DNA of 36,296 nucleotides from Octopus bimaculoides (Eukaryota). The stretch covers positions 82,418,053 through 82,454,348 of the forward strand of contig NC_068982.1 in assembly GCF_001194135.2 (NCBI RefSeq), in the 5' to 3' direction. Below, one piece after another: positions 1 to 11,047 of the stretch (position 1 is the first letter of the stretch; the number at the start of each line of letters is the position of its first letter). A model generated the notes under the pieces. That model was given only the letters and a program-made list of their open reading frames with translations. It was not told where the DNA came from and did not search any database. The translations under genes and the position numbers were made by a program.

Positions 1-41
<41 letters not shown>
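1..41. repeat. (TA)n microsatellite
   Basis: Perfect TA dinucleotide run at the window start. Confidence 0.98.
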
Positions 42-43
<2 letters not shown>

Positions 44-682
44 GGTCTAGGTACGCTGAGTGAGAGCTGAAACGGATTACAAGGCTTCCGAGGCTATAGA
101 TGGGATAGTAGTTATGGAGCGATTGCAGATTTCCCATATAGCAGATATATAATTGTTAAAGAGGACAACAAACGTTAAAGCAACGCAAACATCTCAAGTC
201 ATATACATTATTATTATTGGAAAAAAATTCAGTCTTACAGCTATTTCTTTGATATCCCCGAGTATGGGATATTCTGTCATCGGAGACAAATAGGGAAAAT
301 GAGAAGGCTATAGATTAAAGAAATGACGACATAGAGCATAGGAGTAAAGGAATAAGGAGATGAAGAAAGAGAAGAAAAAAGAAGCATAAAAGTTCACAGT
401 TCAACTTTCCGATCTTGTATATATATCAGTGTAAATTGCAATATTGAATAGATTTCAGTGAATTTTGACGAAGAGCGTTTCAGTTATTCGATCAACTGAA
501 CTCCTGAGTTCAGGCAGAATCTGCGACGCACACACACTACGTGGCAATGCTGACTCTTTAAATTACAGCTAGATTCCAGCCAACAGGTTTCGCACAATTT
601 CCCCCAGTTTCCCACGCAATGCTTCGGTCGATTCCAAAGTATAGAAAAAAAAAACAAGTAGTGAGATCTAACTTCAAAATTG

Positions 683-852
683 CGCGTGTGTGTGTGTGTC
701 TGAGTGTGTGTGTGTGTGCGTGTGTGTGCGTGTGTTCGTGTGCGCGTGCGTGTGTGTCTAAGTGTGTGCCTGTGCGCGCGTGCGTCTGTGCCTGTGCGCG
801 CGTGCGAGTGTGCCTGTGCGCGCGCGCGCGTGTGTCTTAGTCTCTGTGTGTG
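683..852. repeat. Compound (GT)n/(GC)n microsatellite
   Basis: Interrupted GTGT/GCGC runs; explains ORFs 619..840 and 704..979. Confidence 0.95.
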
Positions 853-973
853 TATGTATCATTTAATATACACAGAATTAAAAAAAGAGCTAATAGTTTC
901 ATGCTGTAGAGATTTGGCAGATTTATATAATATGGCAAGAAACTCCAGCCAGTCTTTCAGGCTCAGTGAATAC

Positions 974-1596
974 TGTTAGACCTATTTGAAAACCGGGACG
1001 CTGGTCTCTGAGAAAACAAAAGAAAAATCGAGGGAAAAAACGCACAGAAGGTTGATGCAAGAAGTGGAACGAGAAGAAAGACAAGTAAGAAAACCAAGAT
1101 AATCGTCCTCTTTGACAGTAGAAACCATAATAAATGTAAATGTAGAATAATATAAAAGAATGGAGGCCAAAGTCTGGGAGACAGTTACTCAATCCGGAGC
1201 GGGTGGTGCTCTCTAGTTCGAGCAAAGAATTATGTGGTTGTTGTGATGAGAGTTACGACGCCCTCTTACGAGAGATAGACAGGTCCAAGTAAAGTATAAA
1301 TAGTAATGACCCGAGTGGGTTCAGAGTTCGGAGTCGAGTGAAGTTCATGTTAGTTTGCAGTGAAGTCGGAAGTTGTCGGTTGGTTAGTTCACAAGGAATA
1401 TTGAGTGTTGGTTCGTAAAGAGATTTGTTAGTTCGTTACATCGTTGTTATTGTTGTCTGGTTATCTTATTTATTGTACGTTACAAATTACTTTAAAACAG
1501 TAGTATAGTGGAATTCGGAAACTAGCATTAGTGTTATAAATTTTCTATGCATTACTTTAGACTTGTGGATTAGGAGGTCTAGTTATTATAAGAACA
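974..1596 (+). mobile_element. Possible solo LTR
   Basis: Begins TGTTAGACCT; TATAAA at 1295-1300 followed by AGTTC/AGTC-rich R-like sequence; AGGTCTA (~1575-1581) is the reverse complement of TAGACCT near the left end; candidate CA end at 1595-1596. No TSD could be confirmed. Confidence 0.4.
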
Positions 1597-1865
1597 TTAT
1601 TTCCATGAGCAAAACGCTCCAATCAACCACTTAGCCATCTTCGAGATACTGTTTCCAATGTAAGCTTTTGCGCTGAAACACATAAATGAGTAAAAGATAC
1701 ATGCAAGATGGTTCTAAGAGGGTTTGCCGCATTGTAATGACATGTTGAATTTTAGCGATGTTATTAACCAAGCTCTTAATTACCGTGTATTTGTGTTTGT
1801 TTATACATCAGTTCTCTCTGTATGGGAGAATATTTATATATTAAGCTAAGAATATTATTATTTTT

Positions 1866-2143
1866 ATGCGCCCTTTAAAGCCTAGCCAGTCTCACGGGCC
1901 CGGTTTCACGGTTTCTATGGCGTATGTGTTCCCCCCACCCCAGCTGGACGGGACGCCAGTCCATCGCAGCTTTGCTGAAGAAACAGGAACAAAGAGTGAG
2001 AGAAAGTTGGGGCGAAAAAGTACAACAGGGCTCACCACCACTCCCTACCAGAGCCTCGTGGAGCTTTAGGTGTTTTCGCTCAATAAACACACAAAACGCC
2101 CGGTCTGGGAATCGAAACCGCGATCCTCCGACGCGAGTCCGCT
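1866..2143 (-). mobile_element. tRNA-derived SINE, family 2 (5' end with A box missing)
   Basis: Minus strand has a B-box-like GGTTTCGATTCCC, then TTGAGCGAAAACACCT and a GCGATGGACTGGCGTCCCGTCCAG block, typical of tRNA-headed SINE bodies. Confidence 0.75.
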
Positions 2144-2175
2144 GATGAACATATAAGATGTTACTCAGGCACTCT

Positions 2176-2228
2176 ATAAGTACTAGGCTTTCAAAGAACA
2201 AGTCCTATGGTCGATCTGTTCGACTAAA
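2176..2228 (+). mobile_element. Fragment of SINE family 1 (3' core)
   Basis: ATAAGTACTAGGCTTTCAAAGAACAAGTCCTATGGTCGATCTGTTCGACTAAA matches the 3' core of the copy at 3118-3491. Confidence 0.85.
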
Positions 2229-2533
2229 AAACTAGCCCCTATCCACACACACACACTTACACACCCTCACATGCACACACACACGCCCGCCTTAGTTTTG
2301 TGATCACCAGTACTTTATTACCTCCTCTTCTTCCTAACTCTCTTGTCAAACAATTTTTTCCCAACCAGTCGCCATGATTGATCGCTAAATCTACAAGTTT
2401 TTTTTATTCTTTCTCTATTTTCTCAGATTTGTTTGTGTTGAAGAGCGGAGGCTCGAAACGTAAAAACAATTCTCACTTTCTCGAGCGTCAAACTAATACA
2501 TCTGCTTGTTGCTCATACACCTGTCTTCGTCTT

Positions 2534-2633
2534 NNNNNNNNNNNNNNNNNNNNNNNNNNNNNNNNNNNNNNNNNNNNNNNNNNNNNNNNNNNNNNNNNNN
2601 NNNNNNNNNNNNNNNNNNNNNNNNNNNNNNNNN
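2534..2633. other. Assembly gap (100 N). Other gaps: 4738-4905, 6499-7361, 8172-8788, 14883-15616, 17534-17714, 22173-22440, 24075-24438, 28446-29032, 31807-32710, 35203-35398
   Basis: N runs in the sequence; many abut microsatellites, typical of short-read scaffolds. Confidence 0.99.
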
Positions 2634-2726
2634 GTGAGAGAGAGGAGAGAAAGAGTAGGGGTGAAGAGAAGTGGGAGTGGAGATATATATATATATACAT
2701 ATATACATACATATACATTTATAAGT

Positions 2727-2741
2727 TGATAGATAGATAGC

Positions 2742-2790
<49 letters not shown>
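2727..2790. repeat. (GATA)n tetranucleotide microsatellite
   Basis: Near-perfect GATA run. Confidence 0.95.
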
Positions 2791-2791
<1 letters not shown>

Positions 2792-2965
2792 TTTACACAT
2801 ACGCGCGCACACACCCACTTATATATTGCTGGACACAAAATTACAAAACTGACTGAAGGCACCAGGAGTGATCTACATACCATTTATTTAACTAGCTACT
2901 TAGTCTGATAAGTTCCATATAGGAAACTCATAGCTCTTGAGTCACTTATGTAACCTTTGCGAAAT

Positions 2966-3082
<117 letters not shown>

Positions 3083-3117
3083 TACTGGATCGGTATCGAG
3101 TATTATTTCTGTTTGGA

Positions 3118-3279
3118 GAGTGGCTGTGTGGTAAGTAGCTTGCTAACCAAGCACATGGTTCCGGGTTCATTCCCACTGCGTGGCACCTTGGGCAAGAGTC
3201 TTCTACTATAGCCTCGGGCCGACCAAAGCTTTGTGAGTGGATTTGGTAGACGGAAACTGATAGAAGCTTGTCGTATATA

Positions 3280-3317
<38 letters not shown>

Positions 3318-3491
3318 TGTGTTTGTCTCCCCAACATCGCTTGACAACCAATGGTGGTGTGTTTACGTTCCCGTAACATAGCGGTTCGGCAAAAGAGACC
3401 GATAGAATAAGTACTAGGCTTCCAAAGAATAAGTCCTGGTGTCGATTTGGTCGACTAATGGCGGTGCTCCAGCATGGCCGCAGTCAAATGA
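3118..3491 (+). mobile_element. Near full-length tRNA-derived SINE, family 1 (abundant Octopus type, Nin/Deu-like 3' core)
   Basis: A-box-like TGGCTGTGTGG, B-box-like GGTTCATTCC, CCTTGGGCAAG body, internal (TA)/(GT)n, and 3' core AAGTACTAGGC...GTCGATTTGGTCGACTAA...GCTCCAGCATGGCCGCAGTCAAATGA. Five other partial copies occur in the window. Confidence 0.9.
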
Positions 3492-3630
3492 ATTGTTTCC
3501 GGAATTTTGCGCGCCGGAGCTGAGGCATTTTTGAAAAATAGCCTCAATGTAATCGGTAGAACTATATGCAAGTCTTATTTCATGAAGACAATTCGTGTAT
3601 AGTTCTGCAAATTATATTGATTCTAGAACG

Positions 3631-3700
3631 TCTATGCTGATGAGAACACGGATGTTGTAACTTAAGTAAAACGTTAATGTTCGAAACTGCAGTCCATAGA
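3631..3700 (+). ncRNA. Minimal type I hammerhead ribozyme (structurally intact)
   Basis: Stem I TCTATG(3631-36)/CATAGA(3695-3700); core CTGATGA(3637-43); stem II GAACA(3644-48)/TGTTC(3678-82); GAAA(3683-86); stem III AC-TGCA-GT with a palindromic loop; cleavage triplet GTC(3692-94). Confidence 0.88.
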
Positions 3701-4042
3701 TAATTCTTTATTCTGTATATTTCTCATTTTGTCTTGTTCTGGTGTTTTTGCGAAATTTTTCTGGAGAACATTATTTTTCTTTGTGGTTGGGTCGTTGATG
3801 ACCTCTTTCTAGCATATTGGATGTCCACCTAGTGGTCATCCCTTATACACGTGTAGTACAATTTTTTCTGAAGTTTCAGATTTTTATATGCTAGGCCACT
3901 TGGTTTTAAATTGTATTTATATCTGTCATTTACAGATGTAGGTTCGAGTCCCACAGGCAGCCTTCGACCTTGTCTATCCAAGGGGTTTGTTAAAGCAATA
4001 TTTGCACGCTATTTTTTTTAGCTTTATCTGCACACACATACA

Positions 4043-4079
<37 letters not shown>

Positions 4080-4111
4080 ACATACACACACATGTATATA
4101 CATACATATTA

Positions 4112-4326
4112 TTTTATTCTTATATTTGTTTCAGTCATTTGACTGCGGCTATGCTGGAGCACCGCCTTTAGTCGAACAAATCGACCCCAGTACTTGTTCT
4201 TTGCAAGCCTGGTACTTATTCTATCGGTGTCTTTTGCCGAACCGCTAAGTTACGCCGACGTAAACACATCAACATCGGTTATCAAGCGATGGTAGGGGAA
4301 CAAACACAGACGCGCGCACGCACACA
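4112..4326 (-). mobile_element. SINE family 1, 3' half
   Basis: Reverse complement of the family-1 3' core and tail (TTGTTTCAGTCATTTGACTGCGGC...GCTGGAGCACCGCCTTTAGTCGA). Confidence 0.9.
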
Positions 4327-4327
4327 C

Positions 4328-4737
4328 AAGAAATCTCGTAGGTTATGGGCTCGTTTGAAGGAGGGGAAGGTGGAGGGGTCGGACTGGAGGCGCCGGAAAG
4401 CTCGGAGAATGGTGCGTCGGAGAGGTAGGGTGGTGGGATGGTAGGTGAGGGGAAAAGGGAGGCGGGAGACGGCAGGGTGGATTCGAGGGGAGAGAGCAGA
4501 TGCACGGTCCACGGAACGTGCACTGGCAAGGGCATACCTACATCCATATGTATACATACATGCATATATGAGTACAGGACATCACAAAAAAAACGTTAAA
4601 CACAATGAGAAACGAAAACATAAAGACGAAGACAGAAAACGAAATTTTTTTCGAACAACGAAAAAATAGAGAAACGAAACATGCAACATAAGAATATTTC
4701 CTTTCATCAGTTGTCCCTGTTCCATCTACTTCGCGTT
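4328..4737 (-). mobile_element. Penelope-like element fragment (RT-to-GIY-YIG linker plus noncoding segment), Neptune-like motif pattern
   Basis: Minus translation of ~4330-4535: ALASARSVDRASALSPR..SRLPFPLTYHPTTLPLRRTILRAFRRLQSDPSTFPSFKRAHNLRDFL, matching the PLE linker pattern LTYHP...LQxDP...FKRxxNLRD. Cut by a gap on the right. Confidence 0.7.
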
Positions 4738-4920
4738 NNNNNNNNNNNNNNNNNNNNNNNNNNNNNNNNNNNNNNNNNNNNNNNNNNNNNNNNNNNNNNN
4801 NNNNNNNNNNNNNNNNNNNNNNNNNNNNNNNNNNNNNNNNNNNNNNNNNNNNNNNNNNNNNNNNNNNNNNNNNNNNNNNNNNNNNNNNNNNNNNNNNNNN
4901 NNNNNTATATATATATATAT

Positions 4921-5140
4921 ATCTTCTTATTATACATAATCTGTTCTGTCTGTCTGTTTGTGAGCTTATAACTGGAGTATTGTTCACCCGATCGCACTGA
5001 AATTTTAAACATGGATATATGACAGAGCTGGGCGTTCCGTAATCTAAAAACATTTTCAAAATAGTTGGTTTCAAGGTCAGAATCGCTATTTTTGTAATCT
5101 TTTTGTTCTGTTTGATCCGCCATTAAAATCAATCAGTTGC
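4921..5140 (+). mobile_element. Possible non-autonomous Helitron/Helentron-type repeat (5' part)
   Basis: Starts ATCTTCTTATTATA, then (TCTG)n and CCGATCGCACTGAAATTTT, resembling Lep1/HINE-like 5' ends. No 3' hairpin plus CTAG was found. Confidence 0.35.
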
Positions 5141-7361
5141 TAAGACAACCGCACACACGCACGCACGTACGCACACACACACACACACACACACACGCGT
5201 TCATTTCATATAGACGTACATACATCTGTTACTTTCTTTCTCTGTTCTTTTCACTCATCTTCAATCAGCTATCGTAAAAATTTTATACTATTACGTCACA
5301 TATTCTAAATGTGTGTGTGTACCTTCATTCACTCACTCTATCTCTCTTTCTCACCCTCTTTCTCTCTCACATACACACGCGCAAGCACGTACGCGCGCGT
5401 ATACACACACAAACACGCAAACACACACACGTCCATTTCATATAGACGTACATACTTCTTTCACTCATTCACTCTCTCTTTTTTTACACTCTTTCTCTCC
5501 CTGACACACACAATCACACGTACACACGCGCGTGCACGCGTGTTTCTAACTCGCACGCACACACACGCGTGCGCGCGCGTTTTTAAATGTATAAAATTCC
5601 ATTTGGGAAATAGTCTTCAATGGTTGAAGATTCATTAAAGTTGTTGGATTACACTTTGGTAAGGCAATGTGGTATCCATCGTCACCAAAAGGGAAAAGTA
5701 ATGGATATTGTAGAGCATCGTATGCAGGATTAAGTTCATTTATTCTTTGGAGAATGTGACGTAATAGTATAAAATTTTTACGGTAGTTGATTGAAGATAA
5801 GCGAAAAAAACAGAGAAAGCAAGTAACAGATGTATGTACATCTAAATGAAATGGACGTGTATGTTTGTATGTGTGTGCGTGTGTGTGTATCGTGTGTGTA
5901 TCAGCAAATTCATGTTGTGCATTGTGCTTATCCTAATGAGAAAGTGTTTAAGTACAAAAAGTTTGAGATTAATTATGATGTCCGATTCCACTGGAAGTTG
6001 TATATATTGTGGGCTGAACAGCTTTCCTTCATTTTATTGGTCTCATGACAATTTTGAAAAGGTTCACTGTGTTAAGATTCACTATCAACCAATTTTCCTT
6101 ACTTAAAAGAAACCGTTGACAGTTTTAGCGTCTCAGGAATCTTTAATGCCTTAACCAAAAGTAACAGCCTCATACACCAACCAAACATCTCCACAACTTA
6201 ACACAATCGATGTTAACTCTCTTCACCTATACAAACCGTTTAATGGACAGGGTGTCGTTTGCTAGTATATATATATATATGTCAAGATGGATGTTTATGT
6301 ATTCTTCTTCCCACTTGGATTTTAAATGTTGCCACAATTATAATATGTCTACTCTACTGTAATTTTCTACAGTTTTGTGCAGCTGAAGATTGCTATACAT
6401 ATTGCATTTAATGTAATGCTGGCATTACTTAAATAAATGGAGTAGCATGAAACGTGCGTACTGCAGTCATCTTTAAAATCCGTGTTGCTTATTTTGATNN
6501 NNNNNNNNNNNNNNNNNNNNNNNNNNNNNNNNNNNNNNNNNNNNNNNNNNNNNNNNNNNNNNNNNNNNNNNNNNNNNNNNNNNNNNNNNNNNNNNNNNNN
6601 NNNNNNNNNNNNNNNNNNNNNNNNNNNNNNNNNNNNNNNNNNNNNNNNNNNNNNNNNNNNNNNNNNNNNNNNNNNNNNNNNNNNNNNNNNNNNNNNNNNN
6701 NNNNNNNNNNNNNNNNNNNNNNNNNNNNNNNNNNNNNNNNNNNNNNNNNNNNNNNNNNNNNNNNNNNNNNNNNNNNNNNNNNNNNNNNNNNNNNNNNNNN
6801 NNNNNNNNNNNNNNNNNNNNNNNNNNNNNNNNNNNNNNNNNNNNNNNNNNNNNNNNNNNNNNNNNNNNNNNNNNNNNNNNNNNNNNNNNNNNNNNNNNNN
6901 NNNNNNNNNNNNNNNNNNNNNNNNNNNNNNNNNNNNNNNNNNNNNNNNNNNNNNNNNNNNNNNNNNNNNNNNNNNNNNNNNNNNNNNNNNNNNNNNNNNN
7001 NNNNNNNNNNNNNNNNNNNNNNNNNNNNNNNNNNNNNNNNNNNNNNNNNNNNNNNNNNNNNNNNNNNNNNNNNNNNNNNNNNNNNNNNNNNNNNNNNNNN
7101 NNNNNNNNNNNNNNNNNNNNNNNNNNNNNNNNNNNNNNNNNNNNNNNNNNNNNNNNNNNNNNNNNNNNNNNNNNNNNNNNNNNNNNNNNNNNNNNNNNNN
7201 NNNNNNNNNNNNNNNNNNNNNNNNNNNNNNNNNNNNNNNNNNNNNNNNNNNNNNNNNNNNNNNNNNNNNNNNNNNNNNNNNNNNNNNNNNNNNNNNNNNN
7301 NNNNNNNNNNNNNNNNNNNNNNNNNNNNNNNNNNNNNNNNNNNNNNNNNNNNNNNNNNNNN

Positions 7362-7434
<73 letters not shown>
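7362..7434. repeat. (CA)n microsatellite
   Basis: Perfect run next to a gap. Confidence 0.97.
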
Positions 7435-7438
<4 letters not shown>

Positions 7439-7949
7439 ATTATAGAATTAAATGTATAGCTACTATAGAGTAATCCTTATTGTTAATATCCTGTGTGGAT
7501 ATGTGTGTATGTCCATATCCCTATCTGTTCTCTCATAGCTACAAACCATCCTCTAGTTTGTTTTCCCCATTTACCGTCATTGCTATCGCTTTATCACTTC
7601 GTTTCTTTGTCTTTCTCTCTTTTCTCAAGCCCTTCTCTCTTCCCTCTGCCTCCTACCATTTCACTTCTCACCTCCCCTTCATTGTCGCCCACCTTTTCAT
7701 CCCTACTTCATTCGTGAGCGACCTTAGATAATCTGTGTGTGGATGTTACGACCGCAGAGACCTGAACAGACGGACCGTGACAGATGAATCGTCATGGTTG
7801 GCTGATCAATGTAGCAGAGTTGAAGGTGAAAGGACATTTCCATATAGATGACCTGTTCTTACATTCACATTAATGTGCAAACACATTCACACACACATGC
7901 ACATATGTACACATGCTCACACGCACACACACGCACGCACACACACACA

Positions 7950-7987
<38 letters not shown>

Positions 7988-8788
7988 TACATACATACAT
8001 AGATATATACATACATACAGACAGACGAACGTACTGAATCACATATAAAACCCACATGCACAGATATAAACAACAAACACAATCGCACACATGACCATTA
8101 ATACATCCAATGACTACAAACGTACACATTCTAACATATACACACTCCAACACATACACACATACAAACTCNNNNNNNNNNNNNNNNNNNNNNNNNNNNN
8201 NNNNNNNNNNNNNNNNNNNNNNNNNNNNNNNNNNNNNNNNNNNNNNNNNNNNNNNNNNNNNNNNNNNNNNNNNNNNNNNNNNNNNNNNNNNNNNNNNNNN
8301 NNNNNNNNNNNNNNNNNNNNNNNNNNNNNNNNNNNNNNNNNNNNNNNNNNNNNNNNNNNNNNNNNNNNNNNNNNNNNNNNNNNNNNNNNNNNNNNNNNNN
8401 NNNNNNNNNNNNNNNNNNNNNNNNNNNNNNNNNNNNNNNNNNNNNNNNNNNNNNNNNNNNNNNNNNNNNNNNNNNNNNNNNNNNNNNNNNNNNNNNNNNN
8501 NNNNNNNNNNNNNNNNNNNNNNNNNNNNNNNNNNNNNNNNNNNNNNNNNNNNNNNNNNNNNNNNNNNNNNNNNNNNNNNNNNNNNNNNNNNNNNNNNNNN
8601 NNNNNNNNNNNNNNNNNNNNNNNNNNNNNNNNNNNNNNNNNNNNNNNNNNNNNNNNNNNNNNNNNNNNNNNNNNNNNNNNNNNNNNNNNNNNNNNNNNNN
8701 NNNNNNNNNNNNNNNNNNNNNNNNNNNNNNNNNNNNNNNNNNNNNNNNNNNNNNNNNNNNNNNNNNNNNNNNNNNNNNNNNNNNNNNN

Positions 8789-8822
<34 letters not shown>

Positions 8823-9308
8823 CATGTTAGCTTTTGACAATAGGAAAGTTGGGTTATGTCCATATCCCCATCTGTTTTCTCAATTACCAACCATCCTTCA
8901 GTTTGTTTCACCTTCTAACGTCTTTGCTATCACATTATCGCTTTGTTTCTCTGTCTTTCTCTTTTTGGTGTTGAAATATCCAGTGTTTCTTCCGTGAGAT
9001 TTCTCCATTGTAAGTTTAGAAAGTTCAGTGTTGCATGCCAACTGAAACACTCGTTAATTACACAGCATTAATATTTTTGGTAGTATATTAAGGTTGCAAA
9101 ACAAAATACGGTGTCATTACAAGCAATTAACAAATAGTAGACTGCTAAATTTCAAAACTGTCGCCGTTTTTATATTTTTCATAGCTTATTTTGATTTCTG
9201 GGAGCAGGGCTGTGTGCTCTCCTCCTCTTTCGCCTACCCCCTTTTGTCTCTGTGATCCGTTGATCGTTCAACTCTTCCTTTTCCATATCATTGCATATCA
9301 TTGTCGGT

Positions 9309-10408
9309 TTAGGAGTAAGAGCATTCAGGAGAAACTTGCTTTTCCGTGTCAACCGGGGGTAGACTCCTTCTTTGTCTTGGTTTGAGAGTGGGCGTGAGCA
9401 TGGGTGTGGGAGAAGGTGTAGGAGTCTTGCGCACTTGTTTATGATTTTGCACTAGTGCAACTTGTAATTTTGGCTGCGGTGAGACTTCATTTTTCTTTAT
9501 TTCAGGCCAGGAATCCTTTAAGTATTTTACAGATCCGCATTTATGGCATCTTGGCTTTCTACCCTCCACGAACACTGTCAGGTGAGTGCCATCCGGGAGA
9601 TCGATTAGATCGGGCAGCTTGTCGATATGGTCCTGCTTGCACTGCAAGGTCAATTCCATACCTATACCTAACTGGTTTTGCTTAAGTAGTTTCTTGACTT
9701 CAAGTATTGTGACTTCGGCTACTTCTAAACCTGCCAAGACGGCCGCCACTATCCAGGTAATGGATATTTCTGGCGATAGCTGGCAATTAAGAAAAAGTTG
9801 TCATTCTTTAAAGTGTCTGCGGAATTACATCTAGCTTCTTCTTCCGTCCCAAATCTCATCTCAGTTATTCTAAACTTCTTTCCTCGGGTGATGTGGAACT
9901 TTTGTTCCCACACGCGCCCAAGGCATTTTTGTACTTCGTTCTCGGGAGTATTTTCCACCCGCCGAGACTATGCAACGGTATGTTACTGTGCATCTTGCAA
10001 TAATTTCTATCACGTCCGGTGGAGAGTTTAGACCTACCCTTCTTCCATCTTTTTTAACAATTTTTCTAGAAAATTCTAATTCTCCTTCATCTATGTGGAA
10101 GCACTCCATATTTCTCACCGCTGACACTAAACAAGGAGGGGCGATAATTGCATTTTTATGTTTTATTTCTTTCGTATTGTTGTTGTTTTTGTTGTTGTTC
10201 CTGCAGGTGGTGGTGTTACTGCTGTGCTGCTGCTGTCACCATTGGTGCTGCTGCTGCTGGTGTCACTACTGCTGTTGCTGTTATTTTTTCTTTGTCGACA
10301 CCTAATGCTTTGACGTTGTTTAGAGTCGAAACATGTTTCGCCTAGGTGATGTCATCTTCCCTTGTTCTCAAAATATGTCGACACCATGATGGCTTCTTCA
10401 TCAGACAT
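9309..10408 (-). pseudogene. Decayed ORF1 (gag-like) of an L1/Tx1-type non-LTR retrotransposon
   Basis: Frameshifted minus-strand reading from MSDEEAIM through an RRM-like region (..TEMRFGTEEEAR..FLIASY..) to FVEGRKPRCHKCGSVKYLKDSWPE, a CX2CX4HX4C knuckle with H>Y and C>W single-base changes, then a low-complexity P/T tail. Confidence 0.7.
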
Positions 10409-11047
10409 CTTTAAATAATTACAGAAAATTGCAAAATATTTGTTTTTGCCGAAAGCAGTTACAATTCAAGAATTATTTATGCGCAACTCCTGCAAAACAG
10501 AGGGTGTTTATAGACAAAGATACTATCTTCGGAATCCAGACCATTTCAGAAAAGTAATGATAGCAACAGAAATGAAAAGACTGTGCCTTAGAAAGCCGAA
10601 AAGATTACAAACACTTTTTCAACTTACGGAGTACCAAATTTCCGTGACTTCACAATATGGCAGTCATAATAATAATCTCCTCAGATGAGATCCAGAGATT
10701 CACCGTATAGATGACACTTAGTAGTGCTCAAAAGATTGAAACTTAGACGCCGATGTGCTTGCAGGGGATCATTCCACAAGGTAAAGAAAGGATATAATAA
10801 GGATCAAGCTGAATGGGTATAGAGGCAATTATGCAGATAAATTAGACACATTAAATATATTAAATATGAGAGTTTGGGTATAAAATACAAAATATGTACA
10901 TATGTATACATGCAAAACGAGACAAAGCAAAAGGTGGAGACTTTCAGATGATGTATTTTTTAGCATAAATATGTAGATATTCATGATAATAGGTCCAAGT
11001 CTAACAGAGTACAAACGACAGAGAAAATAAGGAGGTGCAAGAAAAGT

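Noticed and set aside
2142-2165. CTGATGA followed by an ACAT/ATGT hairpin
   Set aside because: No GAAA after the stem and no stems I or III; not a hammerhead.
3938-3954. tRNA T-arm / B box GTAGGTTCGAGTCCCAC
   Set aside because: No upstream A box, D arm or anticodon arm; at most a truncated SINE head or tRNA fragment, not a tRNA gene.
4355-4495. G-rich tract with G-quadruplex potential
   Set aside because: Explained as the antisense of a proline-rich PLE coding remnant; no independent evidence of function.
4700-4737. TTCATCAG...CGCGTT, possible hammerhead pieces on the minus strand
   Set aside because: Truncated by the gap at 4738, so the motif order and stems cannot be verified.
6246-6266. 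GACA-GGG-TGTC mini-hairpin followed by CTAGT (Helitron 3' end-like)
   Set aside because: The stem is only 4 bp and could occur by chance; no link to a 5' end is demonstrable.
10325-10410. Minus-strand CTGATGA...GAAACATGTT resembling a hammerhead
   Set aside because: Stem I does not pair and four extra nucleotides precede stem II; it overlaps the ORF1 start codon region.
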